The position numbers and the translations under genes are program-made. Under the pieces are notes generated by a model. The model had not been told where the DNA came from, did not search any database, and worked only from the letters and a program-made list of their open reading frames with translations. Positions 58,163 to 64,000 of a stretch of 64,000 nt of DNA are shown one piece after another (within the stretch, counting starts at the first letter, position 1; the number at the start of each line of letters is the position of its first letter). Source of the DNA: Myxococcota bacterium (GTDB lineage Bacteria; Myxococcota_A; Polyangia; Nannocystales; Nannocystaceae). Location: the NCBI GenBank assembly GCA_039194325.1, contig JBCCWC010000001.1, positions 32,001 to 96,000 of the forward strand, written 5' to 3'.

Positions 58163-60295
58163 TCAAAAGTCCCACTCGTCCTCGTCTCCTTGGTCGGGTT
58201 CTTCGTCCATGCCCAGGTCTCCGGCGGCGGCCAGCTCGTCGCGCAGGGCCACCAAGAAGTCCTCCGAGCTCCCCCAGTAGATGTCGATGTTGGCCTCCTT
58301 GCCGAAGTACTCCGCGAGGTACGACTTGGCGCTCTCGATGTCGGCCAGGCTCTGCAGGTCGGGATCGAGCTGCACCGCCACGTGGCGGTACTGCTTGAGG
58401 CGCTCGCGGCCAGGCAGGCTCATCATCAGGCGAAAGAGCACGCGGAAGTGCCAGTCGGTGAGGCGAAAGCCCAAGAACAGCAGCGAGTTGTCGACCAGCG
58501 CGCTCTCCACCTTGGCCGGGATCAGCTGGGCCGCGGTTGCGCCGATTAGATAGTCGAAGTAGTCGTCCTCGGTGAGCACCAGGCCGTCGTCGGTCTTGGC
58601 CCCGAAGGCCCCGAACACGTGGAAGACCAGCGGCACCTTGGCGCTAGGCAGCGCGACCGTCTCCTCATCGGCGCTCAGGGGCGCCTTTTGGTAGCGCCAG
58701 CGGGTCAGCTGCTGCTGCGGCTCACGATCGTTGGCCTTGAGGGCCCGCTCGAGCAGCGGGTCGAAGTTGGTGGTCACATAGACCGACGCGGGCAGCTCCG
58801 AGAGGATCCGATAGGGATCGGCCGTGTCGGTGCGCAGGTGGTCGCCCACCAAGGCCAGCAGCTTGCCCAGCCGGGGCTTCTTGTTGGCCGGGGGGATCTC
58901 CTCGGGCGGCAGCCAGCTGCGGTGCTGCTCGATCAGATCCGACAGCAGCTGCCCTTGGTAGGCCCGCACCACGTTGTAGCGAGACTCCTTGACGCTCATG
59001 TACTCGGTCACCCGCGGCAGGTCTTCCCACTCGTGGAGGGCAAAGGGGAACTGGTTGGCGTCGGCGAGCCGGGTCGCCGTGTCGTGGGCGGCACCGTGGG
59101 CCGCCTCGAGCAGGCGGGGCCCGATGATCGGGACGACCTTGCCGTCGGCGACCGGCTTGAGCAGGTGACGCCAGACCTCCTTGCCCGCGTCGCCGCGAAA
59201 GCCTGGCGTGTACCACAGGCGGCCGCCGAGCAGCCGGGTGAACAGCGCGGGCATCCACGAGTCTCGACGGTCGCGGACCGTGCCGCGAGCCACCGCCAGG
59301 GCGCGGTCGATCTGGCCGTCGCGCAGCAGCTCGGAGAACAGCCGCGGCATCATCGTCTCGACCGTGGGCATCGTGATGTAGCCCTGCATGGCGATCACCG
59401 CGGGCACGCCCGCGTCGGCCAGCCGCCCCGCCAGGGTGGCCTGCGGGGTGGCGCGCTGCTCGGTGGCGAGGATCTCTCCATCGCCTGCGCTCTGGCAGGA
59501 GGCCAGCACCACCAGGCGCGGAGTACTGCGTAGCTCGCCGATCCGGGCGGCCAGATCCTCGCCTTTGGTGATCTTGGCCTGCCCCGTCTCGTCTTGGAGC
59601 ACCAGGGCCGGGGTCCGCGAGGTGCGGCCGAACATGCCGTGGCTGACCAGGTAGAGGATGTCGACCCCCCGGCGCAGCTCGTCCATCAGGGCATCGAGGG
59701 TCAGCGGGGAGCCGGGGCCGCCCAGGGTGCGGATCTGCAGGTCGCCGAGCGCCGCCGTGATCCCCGCGAACTCTCGTTCGAAGTCCACCGGGGCCAGCTT
59801 CATGCGCTCGAGCTTGTCCGGGTCGGGGGCCGACACGGCCACCAGCACCGACAGCTGGCTGCGTGCGCGCAACTTCACCGGTCGCCAGTCGCGAGAGACC
59901 ATGAAGCGGGACAGCAGCGCGGTCTCCGAAGTGCTGAGCAAGGTGCCCGAGCGAGGGTGGCGCAGCAGCTCCCAGCGCAGGGCCTGCAGCTCCTGGGCGG
60001 AGCGGTCGATACACAAGAGGATCCGCAGGGCGTTGCCCGAGGCCTGGGCCGCGGTCTCCACTTGGAGGAAGTGCTGCTCGATCTCCTTGTCGGAGAACAG
60101 CTGCGTGGACAGGAGCTTGCCGTAAGCCTCGGGGCGAGGCTGGGCGCCGGCGAGCTCGGACACGTCGAAGAGCGCCCCGCCCCGCAGGGGCGCCACCTGG
60201 GCGTCGCTATGGGGATCGCTGTGCGAGATCTCGACCTGGTACGCCTCGGCGTACCGGTGAATGGAGAGGCTCAGCGTATAGTACTCGTCGTCCAT
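58163..60295 (-). CDS. CHAT (caspase-like) protease fused to a SIR2-like (SIR2_2) domain
   Basis: CHAT motifs LRWELL, YLVSHG, LVVLASCQS and GVPAVIAMQ; SIR2-like motifs VTTNFD.LLERAL, HVFG, LVLTEDDY and SLLFLGF.L.DW.FR. Confidence 0.88.
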   Translation of the reverse strand: MDDEYYTLSLSIHRYAEAYQVEISHSDPHSDAQVAPLRGGALFDVSELAGAQPRPEAYGKLLSTQLFSDKEIEQHFLQVETAAQASGNALRILLCIDRSAQELQALRWELLRHPRSGTLLSTSETALLSRFMVSRDWRPVKLRARSQLSVLVAVSAPDPDKLERMKLAPVDFEREFAGITAALGDLQIRTLGGPGSPLTLDALMDELRRGVDILYLVSHGMFGRTSRTPALVLQDETGQAKITKGEDLAARIGELRSTPRLVVLASCQSAGDGEILATEQRATPQATLAGRLADAGVPAVIAMQGYITMPTVETMMPRLFSELLRDGQIDRALAVARGTVRDRRDSWMPALFTRLLGGRLWYTPGFRGDAGKEVWRHLLKPVADGKVVPIIGPRLLEAAHGAAHDTATRLADANQFPFALHEWEDLPRVTEYMSVKESRYNVVRAYQGQLLSDLIEQHRSWLPPEEIPPANKKPRLGKLLALVGDHLRTDTADPYRILSELPASVYVTTNFDPLLERALKANDREPQQQLTRWRYQKAPLSADEETVALPSAKVPLVFHVFGAFGAKTDDGLVLTEDDYFDYLIGATAAQLIPAKVESALVDNSLLFLGFRLTDWHFRVLFRLMMSLPGRERLKQYRHVAVQLDPDLQSLADIESAKSYLAEYFGKEANIDIYWGSSEDFLVALRDELAAAGDLGMDEEPDQGDEDEWDF

Positions 60296-60325
60296 GACGG
60301 GTGGGAGGGCGACCTCCGCTGAAGG

Positions 60326-62533
60326 TCATCGTGGGGGAGCCAGGGGGGTGGGCCGGGGGCGCGCCCGGCCGGCATGCGGGCATGTTCGATCGGGGGTGGT
60401 GGGATCGAAGCCATAGACCACGTAGGCACGGCCCATCGGCGTACCTCCGGGTGAGAATTGATAGGGGGCTCCCAGCAGGATGTCGTCGCATCCGTCTTGG
60501 TCGAAATCGCCGACGCCGGCCACCGACCAGCCCATGCAGGGGGTCTGTCGTCCGAGCAGGGGCTCGGGGAGTATGACGACTCCGATGCTCGATCCCTCGG
60601 GTCCACAGGTGAGCTCGTCGAGGCTGATGGAGCGGGGGGCATCGTCGGGCGCAAACCCGAACACGACGTAGGTGACCCCGTCGCTCGAACATTGATGGAT
60701 CAACTCATTGGACGCGACAGGGGCCCCTATCACGAGATCGCGGAACCCATCACCGTTGAAATCCCCCGCGTCATCGAGCGCTCGTCCGACCTCCGTGCTC
60801 TCGTTGTCGAGGTGATTACCCCGGATGACCAATCCCGCGTCAGACGTCTCGGTGTCGAGATCGGCGAGGGCGGGCGGGTCGACCAAACTGGGGCCACCAT
60901 AGATCACATAGACTTGGCCTCCCCGTGCACTGCCGAATTGGCGACCCGGTGCCCCCACGATGAGATCGCTGTGGCCGTCGTTGTTGATGTCGAGGTCGGC
61001 CAGGCCTCGCCCCAGTCGATCCTCCGCGCCCCCTTGGAGCACGAAGGTCAGATCGTCGATCGACTGGCTCGTACCTGGGCTGTGGGGTGATAAGGCGACG
61101 TAGAGTCTCCCATTCCGATCCCCTGCGATCGCCGTGCTCGTGTCGGAGACAGCGGCGAGTTCGGGCACGCCGTCGCCGTTGATGTCACCGATGAGCCGCG
61201 TGGTGAGGCCGAAGCCGTAGCCTCCACTTCCTGCAAACGCTCCATCGAGGCGAATGGCCTGATTGGTGACATCATCTGTGCTTAGCACGTTCATGTTATC
61301 GAGCGAGTAGTCGTGCAGCCAAAAGACGCTTCCGGCGTCGCTCTCGGACGTCCACCTCGAGCGGGTGATCACTACGTCAGGAAAGCCATCGGCGCCAATG
61401 TCCACGGTCTCCTGCTGCTTTGCTCCGGGATCCCACACGACACCGTCCCCCACCGGGAGACCCACCCAGTCACCGTCGCTCGAGCCCTCGAGCAGTACGA
61501 CGACGCGGGAGTTCTCGGTGTCGAGATCCGCGAGTGAGACCTCGTTCGCACCTTTGGCGCCGAGGACGAGGTAGACCCGACCGATCAAGCTTCCATCGGG
61601 ATTCTGATATCCGGGAGATGCAACAATCAGATCGTCGAATCCGTCGTTGTTGACGTCGCCGGCCCCCGCCACTGAGAGCCCGGAGTAATGGTCGGAGGAC
61701 ACGCCGCGGATCGAGAATCCATGCTCAAAGGGATCGTCGTCGAGGGAGATCTGCTTGGCCCGATCCGGGCTGCCGAATACAACATAGGTGGCTCCCGCCT
61801 GAAACTCGGGTTCGTCTGTCAGGTGGGCACCGATCAGCAGGTCGACGTTGAAATCACCATTGACGTCCCCGGCCGCGGCAACCGAAACGCCGGTTCGACT
61901 CTGGAGCTCACCCTGAATGGTCAAGAAGCTGCCACCTTGGCCCGTCGTGTCAAGCTGGACAGCCGTGGGCTGTAAGGTCACCTCCGTGGGCTCGGACACC
62001 CGGCCCTGCTCGTCCATCACCGTATAGGAGAAGCTGTCGGGCTGGGCATAGGACCCGGGTGGAGTATAGGCGAAGCGCCCATCGCCTCGGTCTTCGACCG
62101 TACCGGCGGTTTGCTCGGTCAAAAAAGTGATCGATAGCGAGGCCAGATCATCGAGGCCGTCGTTGTCCAGCAGCCCCACCGGGCTCTCCCAAGGGCGCCC
62201 TCCGCAGTTTCCAATGAGGTAGGCGTCGGGAGTGGTCGACAGGGGTTCGGCCGAAGTGTCGCTGGACAAGGGTGAAGTGTCGGAGGAGCTCGTCGACGAG
62301 CCGGAGGTGGTCGACGTGTCGAGGCCCGAAGTAGTCAGGGGCGGCACGGTCGAGCCGCTCGAAGCCTCGCCCCCGATCCCCCCGCACACTCCACCTTGGC
62401 AGGTGAGCGTCGGCCCGCAATCACCGTCGGAGCTGCACGGCTGACCGACGAGGAATTCTCCGTCGAAGCAGCTGATGAAGGCACCAGTGGACAGGCCGAG
62501 GCCGACGAGGACGAGCGTTCGCGTGTTCTTCAA
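60326..62533 (-). CDS. FG-GAP/integrin-alpha beta-propeller lipoprotein with Ig-like domain
   Basis: TTG start, lipobox FISC, Cys module, LLDND..YTP..DSFSY, and repeats G.SVA.AGD.NGDG..DL.IGA. Confidence 0.88.
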   Translation of the reverse strand: MKNTRTLVLVGLGLSTGAFISCFDGEFLVGQPCSSDGDCGPTLTCQGGVCGGIGGEASSGSTVPPLTTSGLDTSTTSGSSTSSSDTSPLSSDTSAEPLSTTPDAYLIGNCGGRPWESPVGLLDNDGLDDLASLSITFLTEQTAGTVEDRGDGRFAYTPPGSYAQPDSFSYTVMDEQGRVSEPTEVTLQPTAVQLDTTGQGGSFLTIQGELQSRTGVSVAAAGDVNGDFNVDLLIGAHLTDEPEFQAGATYVVFGSPDRAKQISLDDDPFEHGFSIRGVSSDHYSGLSVAGAGDVNNDGFDDLIVASPGYQNPDGSLIGRVYLVLGAKGANEVSLADLDTENSRVVVLLEGSSDGDWVGLPVGDGVVWDPGAKQQETVDIGADGFPDVVITRSRWTSESDAGSVFWLHDYSLDNMNVLSTDDVTNQAIRLDGAFAGSGGYGFGLTTRLIGDINGDGVPELAAVSDTSTAIAGDRNGRLYVALSPHSPGTSQSIDDLTFVLQGGAEDRLGRGLADLDINNDGHSDLIVGAPGRQFGSARGGQVYVIYGGPSLVDPPALADLDTETSDAGLVIRGNHLDNESTEVGRALDDAGDFNGDGFRDLVIGAPVASNELIHQCSSDGVTYVVFGFAPDDAPRSISLDELTCGPEGSSIGVVILPEPLLGRQTPCMGWSVAGVGDFDQDGCDDILLGAPYQFSPGGTPMGRAYVVYGFDPTTPDRTCPHAGRARPRPTPLAPPR

Positions 62534-63492
62534 AATTGTACCTCCATCCGGTGCAGATCCAGGCGCAGTCGAGCCTTGTTGCCAGAGCTCTTTGGCCTGT
62601 ATCGAAGTGCAGCAATAACGATCAGCGTGGTCCCCGACAGCAGCAACGCGCCGCCGAGGACTCCAGTGGCAATGGCCAGCCGGTTGTACGTGGTCCCTTG
62701 CTGCAAAAGAGACTGGAATTGCTCCGTCGACCCGCTCGGATCGGCCATGAGGTCCGCTCCCTGCCGGTCGATCCCTTCTCCGAGCGATAGCCCCGCTGCC
62801 ATCGTACCCAGCGACGCGACGCCCAGACCCGCCAGCCCACCGCCAACGCCCATGAAGATCCGAAAGCGACGCCGGTCTTGCTCACGGGCTCGGGCCTGGC
62901 GTCGAGCCTCCTGGCGCTGCGCCTGCTGGACAGCCTGGCGCTCGCGTTCGCTTCGCGCTTGTTCGCGAACCTGCGCCTCCTGCTCGATCTGCTCCCGCGC
63001 ACGCTGGGCCCGCTCCGCTTCGAGCCGAGCAAGCTCGGTGTCGATCTTCGCGAGCTCGGCCTCGGTGTTGGCGCGTGCCTCTCGGTCGGTGGGATCGAGC
63101 GCCTCGAGGTGGGCCTCGAACATCGCCTGCGCCTGCGTCAGGTGCCGTGGATCCCCGTCGGCCGCATAAGCCTCGAGGTGGGCATTGGCCAGCGGCACGT
63201 GCAGCTGGTCGCGCATCGAGAACGGGAGCATCTCGTAGGCCTGCCCCCAAAGCGCGATCGCACCCACGTAGTCGGCCAGCTCGAACTTCGCCTGCCCCTG
63301 GGCGAACAGCTCGCGGGCGCGGGCGCGGACCTCCAAGTCCGGCTCGGCGGGCGCAGACGGTGCCGCCTCGGGCCCGGTCGCTTCCGCGGCTGGCGCAGCG
63401 TGGGCTTGTAGGCCATGCGCTGTCATCAACGCTGCAATCGAGAAGCTCAGCAGGTGCAGCCAGGTCCGGGGGATAGGGTCGCGCGCAATCAT
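62530..63492 (-). CDS. Myxobacterial secreted TPR protein with C-terminal hydrophobic hairpin
   Basis: ARELFAQG...F..ADY..AI..W..AY TPR, coiled coil, Gly-rich TM-like segments; stop overlaps the next start. Confidence 0.8.
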   Translation of the reverse strand: MIARDPIPRTWLHLLSFSIAALMTAHGLQAHAAPAAEATGPEAAPSAPAEPDLEVRARARELFAQGQAKFELADYVGAIALWGQAYEMLPFSMRDQLHVPLANAHLEAYAADGDPRHLTQAQAMFEAHLEALDPTDREARANTEAELAKIDTELARLEAERAQRAREQIEQEAQVREQARSERERQAVQQAQRQEARRQARAREQDRRRFRIFMGVGGGLAGLGVASLGTMAAGLSLGEGIDRQGADLMADPSGSTEQFQSLLQQGTTYNRLAIATGVLGGALLLSGTTLIVIAALRYRPKSSGNKARLRLDLHRMEVQF

Positions 63493-63512
63493 GAGTTTAT
63501 TCCTCCTTAGGC

Positions 63513-63908
63513 TCACTCCACAGGGCAGTCGTTCTCCGGGTCGAGCGAGGGTTCGCAGCTGGCGTAGACCGTCTTTGGCGCCTCGAAGCCATCGGCGTAC
63601 AGAACGCCAAACTGCATGTTCCAGCCGTTGGCCAGGCACTGGGGCGATACCACCGGGCCGATCCGCGAGAAGTAGCGCAGTGATTGCCCCGCCGTGAGCG
63701 TGGGGTCGCCCTCCAGGTCGGGCGAGCAGAACTCGATCTCCACGGTCTGCTCGGTGGTAGCGTCGTAGTAGGCCAGCACGCACTCGGGCTGGGCCCCGGC
63801 TGGCTCCGAGAGCACAACCGGCCCGGCGTGTGCGTGCAACGGGAGGAACGCACAACCCAGCAGTGCGGCGAGACAACGCCTAAGCGCGGAAGAAGCCATG
63901 GTGCTCAC
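63513..63908 (-). CDS. Small secreted Cys-containing protein
   Basis: Signal peptide ending AHA; GTG start overlaps the upstream TGA. Confidence 0.65.
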   Translation of the reverse strand: MSTMASSALRRCLAALLGCAFLPLHAHAGPVVLSEPAGAQPECVLAYYDATTEQTVEIEFCSPDLEGDPTLTAGQSLRYFSRIGPVVSPQCLANGWNMQFGVLYADGFEAPKTVYASCEPSLDPENDCPVE

Positions 63909-64000
63909 GGTTCGTCGTCGAGGTCGTCGAGGTCGTCGAGGTCGTCCCCCGCATATAGCTGGGCGACCGCCTGCTCTAGGCGCTCGACCCGGATCAGCAA
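63905..64000 (-). CDS. 3' end of a gene continuing beyond the window
   Basis: LLIRVERLEQAVAQLYAGDDLDDLDDLDDEP* with GTGA overlap. Confidence 0.55.
   Translation of the reverse strand: MLIRVERLEQAVAQLYAGDDLDDLDDLDDEP

Overview
GC-rich myxobacterial DNA, probably Nannocystaceae-like. This is inferred from the MYXO-CTERM tails, ADYC, FG-GAP and VWA lipoproteins, and several Ser/Thr kinases. Core genes are icd, ligA, a stand-alone murE, tRNA-Arg(ACG) and tRNA-Ser(GCT). Downstream of the tRNA-Arg 3' end lies a decayed island (about 28.0-36.8 kb). It holds an orphan antitoxin with a dead ParE-like toxin, a frameshifted permuted NlpC/P60 gene, phage scraps, an XRE regulator, an intact PcfJ-domain gene and an AT-rich 2TM coiled-coil gene. 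The best candidates for undescribed biology are: (1) a leader peptide with mutually exclusive hairpins controlling the PcfJ ribosome-binding site; (2) a co-oriented CHAT-SIR2-like + membrane-anchored nSTAND1 cluster with kinase and FHA genes; (3) an orphan lipoprotein with EGSCG repeats resembling HvfA/oxazolin-type RiPP precursors; (4) a degenerate RelA/SpoT-like gene pair; (5) a mucin/CILP WxxW-domain lipoprotein; (6) a 90-bp structured dispersed repeat; (7) a 28-bp inverted copy of the tRNA-Arg anticodon arm. All family calls come from motif recognition by eye; no database searches were run.
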